A DNA stretch of 64,000 nucleotides from assembly GCF_000315625.1 (NCBI RefSeq), contig NW_005434554.1, positions 139,869-203,868 on the forward strand. The letters are read 5' to 3'. Positions within the stretch are counted from its first letter, which is position 1, and the number at the start of each line of letters is the position of its first letter. Below the pieces are notes generated by a model that worked only from the letters and a program-made list of their open reading frames with translations, searched no databases and was not told the origin of the DNA. This stretch comes from Guillardia theta CCMP2712. Its lineage: Eukaryota; Protista; Cryptophyta. A program made the position numbers and the translations under genes. This document shows, in pieces, positions 25,351-38,798 of the stretch.

Positions 25351-26478
25351 CCAGCTCCAGAACTGAACGAAAAGAAATAGCCTCAGCGAGGGACACTCGC
25401 TCTCACTCCATTCACAATCGCCTGAAGGCTGTTTCCAGCATTCAACAAACCTTCCACCCAACCATCCTCACTGCTATCCCACCCTCCTCTCCCTACTTCA
25501 CCTCTCCTTGGAAAACCAAAACCACAGTTGTCCTCCCTGCCTCCTCCCTGCCTCCTCCCTGCCTCTTCCCTGCCTCTTCCCTGCCTCCTCCCATGCCTGC
25601 TCCCCCTCCAGGTGTTTCCCTTGCCCATCCTGCAAAGACCCGACCGTTCAATACCGTTATCTATAACGGCGCATTGAAACCGTAGAAACAAATCAATAAT
25701 AAAAAAGTCAGCGGCAGGGATATCCTTTTTACTACTAAAAAAAAGAGTTGTAGAGGCATGTACCATAAAGGCATTATTAAAACTACTATATGTAAAATAG
25801 TACCATCGAAACTTGATAAAGCGAGGGACGTCCCAGACACAGGTAGAAAAGATAGTCAAATAATTATTGCATGTAATGGTACAAATGAAGCCCCGTTACG
25901 ATCCCATCGAGTATGTGTTGTATTGTCCAGTATAAAATTTTGTAGTATCCTGGTAGATCTCTCACTAAAATAAAATTATATTGTAAATATGACATTATAG
26001 CAATCCTTTTAAAAAAGGGTACCGCTTTATCAAGACCATGACCGTACCCCCGTATACCCACCAAGTAAACCTACCCCATTTCACATCACCCCCATTATTC
26101 ACTCAAAGTACCCCATCTTTTCCCTGAAGAAGTGTTTGGGATGGTACCACCCCTGCGTAAAATACGTGGATTCATTGTTGGTCCACTAGAGACTCTTCCG
26201 GTCCCTTCCCTACTCTCAACTGCTCCCCGTTCCCCCACCTCCTCCTGTCTCTCGACCTCTCTCCGCCTATCCTTCTCCTCATCTCTCCTGCGCTCTGCTC
26301 CCTCACATTGTAATCTCCTCTCGTCCTTCGGTTTCTGTCTTCTGAACTGTTGATCCTGCGACTTCTTGTTTCCAAAACGCCCTCGTTTCGCTTTACACAC
26401 CCTGTACAAGCTATTTCTTGGATACATTCATCATTGGTACGCAACCGAGTCTTATAGGGAAGTATACTTCAGGTCCAA

Positions 26479-27499
26479 ATGACGGAACAAATCACTGATA
26501 TCCAATGGCAACCCAACAAGGAAGGCCAGGATCTCCCCCAGCCCCTCCCCATAACCCGCAAGGATCAGATCACCAATGTAACTCCTCTCCTTCCCTCGCT
26601 TTCCTCATCTTCCTCTCTCCTCCTGACTTGCATGATCGCCCTAGGTCAAGTTATACGAGATCCAAGCAAGCCCCCCCTGCGTCATGGTCAGAGCGCTCCT
26701 CTCGTACGGTGACATCAGTTACGAGAGCGTCCTCGTCAACATGATGAGCAAGAAAGAGCTCAAGTGGTCTACCTACCAAAAGATCCCCATCCTGGTCGTC
26801 AACGGCATGCAGGTGCCTGACACTAATTGCGAGCCGACTGAGCCTGACATCCTGCCCAGATCAACGACTCCTACATCATCTACAAAGAGCTCTGTGCAAT
26901 CGTCTTTGGACGAATACTGTCGGATGTAGAATCGAAGCAGATCCATGACATCACGTACGGGATGCTGCTGGCGTTCCAGTCGGAGTTCTTCGGCTCTCTG
27001 GCCGTGAGGAAGAAGTTCGTCCGCCTGTCCTTCGCGGGCAATTGGTGCTTTGCGTGTTGTTTTCACCCATGTATCCGCATGTACGTGGGCCGTGCTCCCA
27101 ACCGCATCCAGTAAGTCCAAGAGGGTGAGGGCGGGCGGGCTGATGACTGCTGCGACAGCGCGGCCCGTCCAGATTTGCAGTCGTTGGACTTCTACGGGAA
27201 GAAGTTTCGTTCAGAGTTCAGGGGGACGTATCACTGCGGTGTAGAACCAGGACCCGTCGACATCATGGTGTGGGCCCTGACGGAGCTCGGCAAGGTGAGG
27301 CCTGGGTGTGGGTGAGGGGGTCGGGGAGATGGGCCGGGGGGGACGAGGGGGGATGAGGAAGGGGCTGAGACTTGAGTCATTGTCTGACTGGGAGACTTGG
27401 CAGCATATGGAGCTGGGGCCCACTATCGATCGTTGGATTACCTCTTGCGATTTGACTGATTGGTATCAAGCTATCAATGGTGATCGCACATTCACATGA
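26479..27499 (+). CDS. Glutaredoxin/GST-fold protein, prostaglandin E synthase 2-like, copy 2
   Basis: VKLYEIQASPPCVMVRALLSYGDISYESVLVNMMSKKELKWSTYQKIPILVVNGMQ-INDSYII; same intron positions and high nucleotide similarity to copy 1. Confidence 0.85.
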
Positions 27500-28827
27500 A
27501 GACTGCCATTGCCGAATCTGATCTTCAACTTTGCTCCGCAGGTCTGATGAAGACCAAGAAATCCCTCTGGTGGGAGCAGTAATAAGGACCATAACGAAGA
27601 TGTTTCATGACGTGGGACAGAGCCAGTCAGTGGGGTTGGATACCGGACCAGCTTTTAATGGATGTCCATTCCTGCAGGAAATGGGACTTGAGAAGTTGCC
27701 TTGCCAGCAGCAAAGGGACTTCAGTATGCCTTCACAAGTTTTTCGGCCGCTCAGGCTCCCTTGCGGCGTACGGGAGTTATCCGGGAGTCCGGGAGTTCGA
27801 CTCGGATGCAGTGGTCGCCATCGAATCAGGGCACTTCGGCAGTTTTCGACTCTGTATCGGCGAAGGCAGACGAGCAACTTTCAAGTTTGTCGGATTAGGA
27901 CCCGCCGCCGCGCGGCCCGGACCGCCGCGTTGACCGTCACTCCCCTGAGTACACTGACACGACTCAGGCAGCGAGTTGTACGGTGCCGCTCTTCTGCCTG
28001 TCTCACGGTCCAGTGGGGCCTAGTTGCTCGGCGGCGTTTCGGTTCATAAGTTTATAAGTTTCGGATAGTGCGGCGGCCTCAGTGCCCGGCCATAGACTCG
28101 GCGCCTCACCTGGCGCGCGGATTCACTGTCAACAGCACCACCATGACGCGAAAAATGGCGGGAGCGCTCTAACAAACGAAGTTGTCACAGTGTGCAAGAA
28201 TGAAGCACTGCGCGTATCAAAAAGAATGTTTAAAAGTAAAGTTGTTCAATGATTCAATGAATTAAGAAAGTTGCCGCTCTAAACTGACTCAGTGACTACT
28301 CACGGTTCCGAGTTCCAAGCCTTACGAGTGAGTTCAACCGTGATTTCGCGCAATCCTTCCGCCATATCTCCTGCCAGGGACATCATGGCATGGCACTCAC
28401 AGTCAACCAGCCTGGGTGGCAGTGTTACGGTTTCAAGTTCCGGAGTCCGGCCCATACTCGACCGAAGAGATCCCGGGCCCGGGCTAGTCATCAGTGTTTG
28501 TGTCCTAAGGGGTCATAGGGAGGTCTTATAAGGTACGGTAGGTCACTTTTACACAGGATTTGTCTTCACCCCCCCAGATGACCATAAAAGTACGGGTAGA
28601 TTTGCCGTTCTGATTCAGACATGGGGTAGTGGAATTGCTTGTTGCGGTAGGGGTGATGGGGAGAATCGCAGGGGTCCCAAACAGTTGAGATGAAATTTGG
28701 GGGGTGGGGTATAGCTTATACCCGTATTGTTATCTGAAATTTTCATCTAAATATATGGGTAGGGTGTATGACTGTTATGGGTCAAGTGATAGTGGATCTT
28801 GCATGGTGGGGTGGGTTATTCTGCAAG

Positions 28828-29962
28828 ATGTCCGCGATGGCAGGATCGCTGAAAATGATGAGGACGGCGGCGTTGCGAGGAAACAGCAGCGCAATGAGTG
28901 ATGCCGGTCAAGGTAGCTTCAGATTCTTGAAGCTCAAGTCGGGGAACCTTCCTTCTCGCACTCTCCCTCTTTCCTCGAGGTCGTTCACATCCCTTGCGTC
29001 CTTTCCTCGTTTGTCCTGCTGTGCTGCGACCAACCTTGCTTTCGGAGGATCTCTGCGTACCTCTGGTACAGTCGGAGGCTTCCAGGGGCTTAGAAACATG
29101 TACGGTGTCCATGCATTTCCTCTCTCATTCAATCGCTTCCTCCCTTTTGCCTCTGCTCTTGAGAATCGGTCATATGCCTCGCATCCCGGCACGCCTGAGA
29201 CCATGTATGCTACAACCATCCTATGCGTGCGAAAAGGAGGCAAGGTTGTAGTGATCGGGGACGGTCAAGTCACTCAGGGTTCCTACGTTGTCAAGGACAA
29301 TGCAAAGAAGGTTCGGACACTGCAGAACGGGAAGATTTTGACTGGGTTTGCTGGTGCTGCTGTGGATGCTTTGGCTCTGTTTGACAGGCTTGAAAGCAAG
29401 CTGGACCAGTATCCAGAGCTCATGCGTGCGTGTGTCGAACTTGCCAAGGAATGGAGGAGCGACAAGAGTTTGCGTCGAACTCTGAATGCCGTCATGGTCG
29501 TCGCTGACAAAGATCTCTCGCTTACGATATCGGGTGCGTCGATTTTTGAATAATCTTCCCCGCTCCTCCTTTTCCCCTCCTCCCCCTCCTCCCTCTCCTC
29601 CTCCTCCTCCTCCTCCTCCTGATCATTATCATGATCTATTGTTTGATTTTTGGGTCATGCTTTCGTACTGATACAGCTGTTATGACGCAGGTAACGGAGA
29701 CATCCTCGAACCGATGAACGGGGTCATTGGCATTGGCAGCGGTGGAATCTATGCACAGTGTGCAGCAATGGCGTTGATCGACATAGAGTCGCTCGATGCC
29801 GAGGAGGTAGCGAGGAGGTCGATGAAGATTGCGAGCGACACCTGCATCTACACCAACCACAACTACGTGGTCCAGGTTCTTGACGGCAACAGTGACAAGA
29901 AGCCTGTTGAGGAAAAGAAGGACGGGCAGGCAAGCAACCAAGAGAAGGCGAGCCAGACATAG
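28828..29962 (+). CDS. hslV: ATP-dependent protease subunit HslV (ClpQ) with organellar presequence
   Basis: [52 protein letters not shown]|[26 protein letters not shown]; one intron ~29534-29691; Ser/Arg-rich N-terminal extension. Confidence 0.95.
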
Positions 29963-31321
29963 GAGGGGCCATGCAGCCTGCGCATGCTCAAATTCGCCCT
30001 GCACCGCCTCTACTTAATAAAGTCGATCTGTTCATCGATACCGCTGCGTCTGGAACAAAGGGTACAGCACCAAGACAGACAGGAACCTTGGTGCCCCCCC
30101 GTCAGGAGCTGAGCAAAATCCTATCATGTGGATAGAAGCACTTGGAAGATGATGGTAAGAGGGACATGGTGGGAGGAGGAGTAAGGGGATCAATTCATGA
30201 GGTCATGAAAAAGTTAATTGAGCAAGGGGCGAGGTGTTTTGAGGTGAGGAAAAAATGTAGCAATTAGAGGTAGGTGGGTGACGAGAGGGTCAGAAATCTT
30301 TCGGATTCAACTTGAAAGAGGTGTGTTATGATCGGAGCTGACACAATCATGAAACTTCTTTCAGCGTTTAAGAGTGTATTAGCCTCAGATGCGTGAAGCG
30401 AGTTTCTGCGTTGCTCGAGAGGATCCTCAAGTTGTGAGAGCGTCCATCCTCCATCCCTGCCATGACGGAACTCTTCTGATGATAGAAGACATGGACAAGT
30501 GGCATGCTCGATCCTTCTAGTCGTTCTCGTGCTCCCCATGGCAGAGCTAGCCGCGCGGTGCACTCGTAGGGAGCCCATGTTTGCTTTTACAGCTTCCTGT
30601 GCGCCAAAATCCGGCTGGAGTTTTAAATTTGTAACTGGTAATTAATTTGTTTTTAATAAGTATTTTATACCTTTATTAGTATCCCGATATCGTTATATGT
30701 ACCAAAATTTTATTTTATTTTCTGTATACAAAATATACAAAATTTTGAATGCAAACAGTATCAGAACGCATCTAAAAGATAATAAAATCCATTTACTACA
30801 TCGCTCACCTTCTCTGCTATGCAGCCTCCTACGGGACCTCCAGAGGAAGCAGAGAACGAAGAGCAAGCAGAGGAAGAGGAGGAAGAAGAATAGCCCAGAG
30901 TATGAAAGACAACGAGGACGAAGATTATCACCGCAGACAAAGGGAAGTAGGATCAGGAGCAGAAGGAGAAGGAGAACGAGATGTTCAAGGAGGAGGAGGA
31001 GGAGGAGGGGAGGTAAGCCCACTTGCATTCGAGGGTTATGTTGACGATGCGACCATATTGAATGAGTAGAACAGAAATACGAACAGTCTTGGATTGTTCT
31101 AGCAAGAGATGAATGGAAGTGTGGAGTTTGGGTAACAGGAAGCCGAGAGCAAGAAACCACGACCTGACTACCTTGCAAACTCCCTGTGAGGGGAAGACGA
31201 GTGTGTACATCTTTGTTGAGCCGAGTTTTTAACTTCAAACCATGGCTCATGTGCATTGTGGTGGTTTCAATGACTTCCTTGTACAGGCGGGGGTTCAGCT
31301 TGTGCATGAAGATCTGACCTC

Positions 31322-34300
31322 ATGAACGAAAAGGGTAAGAGGATAAGCAGGATGCTCGGAGCGTCCGTTGCCTTCCTCTGCCTTCTCGCCCATTCTTCGT
31401 ACGTCTCTTCCTCTGCTCTCCTCCCGCTGGTCAAGAACCCGGCGGTGTACTCGCTCGATGCTCGGTGACGACAGATGTGCTTCCTCGCGGCCAGCAGTGA
31501 CGTGGAGGACAGGATCATGGTGTCGGAACTGAAGCTGCGGCTGGGCAACCAGGCGACTATCAACGAGATGGCAGACGAGGACCTTGACGAGTGAGAGAGG
31601 GGAGGAGAGCAAGGGCGCGGGAGGAGAGCAAGGGCGAGAGTGGAGAGCAGCGTGTATGAGGCGTTTCATGGAGAAGGGGTTGGAGAGAAGTGGGAGGAGA
31701 AGGGGGGAGGGGAGGGGAGGGGAGGAGAGGAGAGGAGAGGAGAGGAGAGGGCGAGGGCGAGGGCGATCTAATGGGTGAGGCAGCTATGCTGAAGCTGGTT
31801 TCGACGCTCTCTGCTTGATGGGAGTCTGGCAGCCGAGCAAGTTCAGCCTGCAGAAGTCAATGAAAGGAAGCGGAGGAGGCGAAGGAGCAGCCACGGCAGC
31901 TGCTGGAGCAGCCAGCTCTCCATACGCCATCGTCGATTACTCTGTGAACAACGAGTTCGGCGGGAACTTGGCGCTGGCAAAGCTGCGCAGTAGATTGCAC
32001 GAGCGAGGTCAGATGGAGGAGCCTCCGGAGAGGAGAGGGGAGGAAAGGATAAGGGAGGGGAGGGGAGGGGAGGGGAGGAGAGGAGAGGAGAGAGGAGGAG
32101 AGAAGAAGCGAGGGGAGGAGAGGAGAGGAGAGGATAGCAGGTGAGGGGAGGAGGAAGGGATGCTGACGATGGGGCAATGGGGGAGGACAGAAGTTGTTGT
32201 GGATGGGGAATGAGTAATGACATGGCTGTAGGCCTGAGGTTGTTCCTTGACTTCGTTCCCAACCACATGGCCGTCGACCATNNNNNNNNNNNNNNNNNNN
32301 NNNNNNNNNNNNNNNNNNNNNNNNNNNNNNNNNNNNNNNNNNNNNNNNNNNNNNNNNNNNNNNNNNNNNNNNNNNNNNNNNNNNNNNNNNNNNNNNNNNN
32401 NNNNNNNNNNNNNNNNNNNNNNNNNNNNNNNNNNNNNNNNNNNNNNNNNNNNNNNNNNNNNNNNNNNNNNNNNNNNNNNNNNNNNNNNNNNNNNNNNNNN
32501 NNNNNNNNNNNNNNNNNNNNNNNNNNNNNNNNNNNNNNNNNNNNNNNNNNNNNNNNNNNNNNNNNNNNNNNNNCCCCCCACACCCCTCTCTCCAGGCTCT
32601 GTCTTCCCCTCCCCCCAACCTCTTTTTCCCTCCTTCTCCCTCCTTCTGCGTCCTCTGGACTCTCGCCTACATCATCAGTTTCCTCGCACCTCCCTCACGG
32701 TCTCACCTGCCTCTCTGCAGATTCAGGGCAAGGCAGAGGACTTGGAGAGAGAGCCACAGGTGAGATGAAACGGATTGAGATGAAGTGAAATGACTCCTCC
32801 GCCTCCTCTTCCTCCCTCCTCGTCCTCCCTCCTCCCCCACTCCTTCCTCCTCCTCCTCAGAATTTTTTCCGCGTTGGGTCGAATGTGTTTGCTCATGGGA
32901 GGGACCCATACTTTGACGGTTGGGAGGATACAGTCCAGTTGAACTACGGTGAAGCGATCTTCCTTTCTACAGTCCCTCTCTTCTTCCTCCTCCTTCCTGT
33001 CTCCTTCTTCTATCCTTAATCTCTCCTCCCTACCTGTCTTCTTCTATCCTCTCTCTTTCGTACATACACCCTTCCACTATCTCCTCATTCTCCTCTCTCG
33101 TTTCTCTCCCACTCCTCTCTCCCTCTCTAAGTCCTCTCCTCCCTCCTCCCTCCTCCCTACTCCCTCTTCTCTTGTTCCTCCCCTCTCCTCCCCTTCATCG
33201 TCATGTGATCAAGGTCTTTACAGCAAATCCTGATCTGCGCGCTGAGATGTGCACAATCTTAACCAAGATCGTGAGCATCTGCGACGGAGTGAGATGTAAG
33301 AATCGCTTGAGGAAGGAGGAGGAGGAGGAGGAGGAGGAGGAGGAGGAGGGAGTAGTTGCTGAAACCTTTTGTAGGCGATATGGCTATGCTGCTCTGCCCG
33401 GTAGATTACTCAACGACCTTTCTCCTTCCCCCATGCCCCATAGCTTTTCTCCTCCTCCTCCTCCTCATCCTCCTCCTTCCTACTTCAGTCATGAGGAGCG
33501 GCAGGACATTCTGGAACAAACGTGGGGCAAGCACCTCGGAAGTGTTGGCGCTTTCAAGGAGCCGTTCTGGCCTGATGCCATCAAAGTAGCGCGAGCGATT
33601 CACGAAGGTCAGAGAAGGAGCGGGAGAGGGAGAGGGAGAGGGAGAGGGAGAGGGAGAGGGAGAGGGAGAGGATGGTAGAAGAAATTAAGTAATGAAGGGG
33701 GTGGGAGGAAGAGGGAGAAGAAGGAGGGAGGGAGGGAGGGAGGGAGGGAGGGAGGAGAGTTCCTCTGAGTGTGATTGTACAGATTTCATCCTCATGGGTG
33801 AGGTCTACTGGGGAAGGGACTTGGACCTGCAGCAGTTCGGGTTTGACTTCACCTTCGACAAGAACCTCTACGACAAGTGCATCGAAGGAAACGCTCTCGC
33901 CGTCCGCCAGCACCTCGGCACACCGCTTCCTTCCCAGGTTCTTCCCTCTTCGCTCCCCCGCCCCCCTCCGCGCCTCTTCCTCTGGCCCCTCTTTCACCAA
34001 CGCCTCCTCCTTTCTCTCCGCTTCCACCAAGACATTCTTCGCTTCCTCCTCTTCCTCCAGCTATTTATCTCACCTCTCCCTCTCCCTCCCTCCCTCCTCT
34101 CCGCGTCCTCACGCTTCTGGTCTCACGCATGCGAGCAGGACCGTATGGTGCGCTACCTTGAGAACCACGAAGAGAAACGGATAGCTCAGGCAAGGCGGAG
34201 GAAGAAGAGGAGGGAGAGGAGGCGAGGAAGAAGAGGGAGAGAGAAGAGGAGGAGGAGGAGGAGGAGGAGGGAGAGAGAAGAAGAGGGAGAGGAGGAGGAG

Positions 34301-34710
34301 GAGGAGGAGGAGGAGTGGAGAAGAGATCTTGCTTGCAAGTTGGAATGAAGATGGATATTGCATGGTGGGGAGCGGGAGGGTGAATGTTGAATCTACAGGT
34401 GGTGCAAGAGATAGATAAGCATACAGCCTGTGCTGTCCTGACCTACACGTTGCCGGGCATGCGATTCTTTCATGATGGGGCAGCTGCAGGTAAAGCAAGG
34501 GAAGAGGAGTGGAGGGGGGGGAGGGGGAGGGGGAGGGGGGGGGGGGTATGGAGGGAGGTCGAGAGGGGAAGGGCAAGGGGAAATGGGGACATGATGAGCA
34601 GCAGCAGCAGCAGCAGCACCAACTGAGGGTGATGGCAGGGGAGAAGATTCAGATCGATTTGACTTCGCAGCTGCGTGAGCGCGAGAGCGACCAGACTCGT
34701 CGTCTGCAGC
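31322..34710 (+). CDS. GH13 alpha-amylase-family protein with signal peptide (interrupted by gaps; 3' end in gap)
   Basis: GFDALCLMGVWQ, SSPYAIVDY, LFLDFVPNHMAVDH, AHGRDPYFDGWEDTVQLNY, CDGVRCDMAML, MGEVYW, YLENHEE, TLPGMRFFHDGQLQG. Confidence 0.88.
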
Positions 34711-34848
34711 NNNNNNNNNNNNNNNNNNNNNNNNNNNNNNNNNNNNNNNNNNNNNNNNNNNNNNNNNNNNNNNNNNNNNNNNNNNNNNNNNNNNNNNNNN
34801 NNNNNNNNNNCAGCATAAGGAGCAGGAGCAGGAGGAAAGGATTACTTG

Positions 34849-35040
34849 TCAAGAATCACCGGGCAGAGGGTTCCACACGCCCCATCCTCGACTGAGAGCA
34901 GGTGAGAGGGAAGGAGGAGGAGGAGAAACTCACGGGAGATGTTGAGGGTCAAGCCATTCGAGAAACATCTGCGGGGATATGAGACTGATGGGGAGAGAGA
35001 GACGAGGCGGTACAGAGATGAAGAATGTGATAATGATGGA

Positions 35041-35089
<49 letters not shown>

Positions 35090-38000
35090 GTGATGATGGT
35101 GATGACGATGATGGAGATCATGATCATGATGGTGATGTAGATGATGGAGATGATGATGATGGTGATGTAGATGATGTAGATGACGATGATGATGATGGTG
35201 ATGTAGATGATGGTGATGGTGATGGTGATGGTGATGATAGAGATATTGAGATGTGCATGTAGATTTGCATGTGGATGTGGATGAGAAGGTAGAGTTTGTG
35301 GAGGAGGACGAGAGTCAATCGCATCCGAACAAACTTCTTACCGTCCTCCATCTTCGAATGAAGGCGCACAAATCCACCTGCCACGTCATCGCATCACATA
35401 CAGCAACCAACACTCCTCCGACCTGAGCTGCGACCACTAGCTCCCCATGGGAGGGACCGGAAGGAGGAGGAGGAGGAGAAAATTCGACAGACGACAGCTG
35501 ACTGGAGAGATCTTGCAGCTGCTGCCGATCCGACAGGTCGAGCTCCTCCGGCTGCAGCTCCTGCAGATGTTCTCTGACGAACGTTCGTACGATCTTTCTC
35601 AGCTCTTCCTTCCTCTCCTCTGGTATCTCTCCCCTGCTGGTCAAAGTCTTCAAGCACTTCCTGCCATCCCTGGTCACTACGACCGCCGAACTTCCCCTGC
35701 TAGCTACGGTCCCACCTGACCCTGACCGCTTCCTTGTCCCTCATCTCAACTTCTGATCGGCTGGAATGGAGCGGTGCACTGCACTCGAGAGCAAGCTGGG
35801 AGGCTGATCAGGAGGAGGAGGAAGGAAGGAGGAAGATCGATTCAGTTCACCTCTCTCCTCAGCTCGTTCGCCTTCATGTCGGCGAGTTGCATACATGCCG
35901 TGCACAGCAGGACGATGTCGTGGCTGGAGCGGCTTTTCAACACCTGCTCTGGAATCTCAGCAGAAATTTCCACATCTTATCTCTCACGATGTCCAACCTC
36001 CCTCTCAGACACGCACAAATCCCTTCTCGCCTCCTTCACCTGTCTTGCTCCTCTTGATCCTTTTCTGGATCCTCCTCCTCCTCTCCCTCTCCCTCTTCTT
36101 GTTCTTCTTCCTCGTCCCCGACTTCCTCTTCCTCATCTTCCTCCTCCCTCCTCTTCCTCCCCCTACAAATCTCCTTCACCTCCGGGAAGTGACGACGGTA
36201 ACAGTGCGGTACGACGCTGTGCCTGTGCAGCCCCTGGCCGCTCCCGCATCGAACGCAGATGTTCTCCTTGCTCGACAGGTAGTACTCGTTCCCTTCGTGT
36301 CCTCTCCCCTTGGGCTCGAAACGCAGGCGGATAGCAAACTGCCTTCCCTCCATGCAGCTACAGCTCAGCTCGTTCAGATCGACGATGTTCTTCCTCTGCC
36401 GATTGCGCCTGCCGCCGTCAGGATCGCTGTCTTGCTGGTGCTGAGTGGTTTGCCCGGCCTTCCCTCTCCCTTCTTCAGCACATCCAGGGCTGTGAACAAC
36501 ATCTGCAAGCATCTTTCAGCAAGGGAAGCCAGCACAGGCTGGTAGCAGCGGAACACGCAGAGGAGGAAGCAACAACAGTCTCAACCTGCGAGCTCATGGT
36601 TGATGTACCAGAGGATCCTGTCGATCTTGATGTTGCTGAGCTGCCTCCCTTGTGGGTCCTGCGGCGCAAACAAGACAAGGTGAACTGAATCAAGAATGTG
36701 CAACGCTGGCAGGAAGAAACAGGTACAAGCGAGGCAGTGGAGGGGATGGAAGCTGGTACCAGCAGCATGCAGTTGTGGTATAAGCTCGTCTGCCTTGTAG
36801 CAAGCTTCGAAGCTTTCTCCTTGTGTCCACTCCTCCTCCTCTTCTCCTCCTGCTCCCGCTCTCTACCTACACTACTTGTGCTCTTTTTCACCCTCTTTCC
36901 CCGCTTGTCTTCCCCAAACGGAACGTCAATCAAGTGAGCATGACAACTCGCAGGGTGCAGACTGCTCCATCCCCACTGCAAGCTTGGATGCGTCCAATGC
37001 AATGACGAAGATTCTCCTCCTCCACCACAACCACCAGCTCCTCCTCCTCCTCCTCCTCCTCGTTGTGTGAACGCCTGTATGATCAGGACTTACGAGCTAC
37101 CAAGGGCAAGCAAGAAACCAATCATACTCACCATGTACAGGAAGACACTCACGAGCGCATCTTCAGCGGCATACAAGACCTGGCGAGGCATCAGCCTCGT
37201 CATCAACATGTCAGGAAGGGTCATGTCACTTGTTCCTCGCCCAGCGTTTCTGCTTGCCAGTCACTCGTCGTGATGCGCTGCACTGACGTCAGCCTTGAGA
37301 TCAACGTCATCAGCTCGCACCCTGTCCTTCCTCAAGTCGATGGAGAAGTGCTTGGCAAGAGACTGAGCAAGGGTCTTACTTCACTTCCTCGTCCTCACAA
37401 CCAGCTGCTTCACCTTCAAGCCGAAAGCATCGACATTGTAGAGGCTACTCAGCCATCGCAAGTCCAACACCGACCTTGAGTCATCAGCGCTCACGTCAGC
37501 CAACTTGCCGATAGTTTTGACCCGAGTCACCTTGTCTTGACCCCCAGCGTCTTCTCCAGCCTCTCCGCATCCTGGGGAAGGAGAACAGTGAGCGAGTTTG
37601 ATCTCAGCTGCCGCGACGTACATGCATGATGTTCACTCCGACTTTCACGATGCTGACCTCACTCAGCAGCTGCCCAAGTCTGTGGAGCCGACACGGTGCG
37701 GAAGACCTGAGGGCTTGTGCAAGCTGAATGACGAGGGTAAGGTCCTCGCATGAGAGCTCGACCCTCCCTGTCAGGTAACAGACATGACAGTAGAACCAAC
37801 TACCTGCAGTACAGACACTCGTAGATCTCCGCTCTCTTCGCTCCCGTCCTCCTGGCTGTCAGTAGCCTGCGATCCTGCGCAACGTCGTCTGTCAGGAGGG
37901 ACTTGCTTGCTTGACCGCAGCTTCACCCGAGCACCACTCTGCATCGAGACCGACGACAGTGGGAAACTTGGAGAGGAGGAGCGACACATCGGCCTCGATG

Positions 38001-38798
38001 CTCTCACACGTTCGGCTCACCTTCACTAACACCTGGCCATGTCAATGGTCACTCCCCTCCATGAAAGGCACGCAGAGGTACGAGGGAACATAGCAGGTCA
38101 GGAGTCAGGAGTAGGGGATCACTAGGACGAAGGAGAGGGTTTCGAGCGAAGGCCAAGTGGGAAGCTGCAGGGAGGATGGACTCATGTCATGCCATCGACG
38201 TATGCTGTAGTGAGGATGCCTTACCCTCTTGTCTCCTAGGAGGGTCAGGTACTCTCCTCCCTGTGACTCCTTGGGCGTCACGTCTCTGCTCCACCAGCCT
38301 CGGACCAACACTGCGAGCAACCAACTCCATCCCATGTATGTCTTTATCTGCCGAGACAGCGCTCCAATTAGCTTCCGTATCGCTTCTGTGTCCGGTTCTG
38401 GCCCCTCCTTTCCTCCCCACTTCACTCCCTCTCTCCCTCCCTCCCTCCCTCCCTCCCTCCCTCCCTCCCTTTCTNNNNNNNNNNNNNNNNNNNNNNNNNN
38501 NNNNNNNNNNNNNNNNNNNNNNNNNNNNNNNNNNNNNNNNNNNNNNNNNNNNNNNNNNNNNNNNNNNNNNNNNNNNNNNNNNNNNNNNNNNNNNNNNNNN
38601 NNNNNNNNNNNNNNNNNNNNNNNNNNNNNNNNNNNNNNNNNNNNNNNNNNNNNNNNNNNNNNNNNNNNNNNNNNNNNNNNNNNNNNNNNNNNNNNNNNNN
38701 NNNNNNNNNNNNNNNNNNNNNNNNNNNNNNNNNNNNNNNNNNNNNNNNNNNNNNNNNNNNNNNNNNNNNNNNNNNNNNNNNNNNNNNNNAGCTGCCAT
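34849..38798 (-). CDS. EXD2-like 3'-5' exonuclease (DEDDy domain plus C-terminal HNH-like region), multi-exon
   Basis: VVGLDAEW (~37930-37960), VKVGVNI, QVLYAAEDA, TRQTSLYHNCMLL, IRLRFEPKGR..YYLSSKENICVRCG...VVPHCYRRHFPE, SHDIVLLCTAC, FIRRWRT-MFLEWLDPQHLPRGW. The start lies across an N gap and is uncertain. Confidence 0.88.
35040..35240. repeat. (GAT)n-type intronic microsatellite
   Basis: Direct reading; inside an EXD2-like intron. Confidence 0.9.

Noticed and set aside
27757-27830. tRNA or tRNA-derived SINE (GTTCGACTC B-box-like)
   Set aside because: No cloverleaf, acceptor stem or convincing A-box could be built.
30264-30578. 104-aa minus-strand ORF
   Set aside because: No recognisable domain or supporting splice structure.
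30600-30800. AT-rich island as a mobile element
   Set aside because: No terminal inverted repeats or target-site duplication were found.
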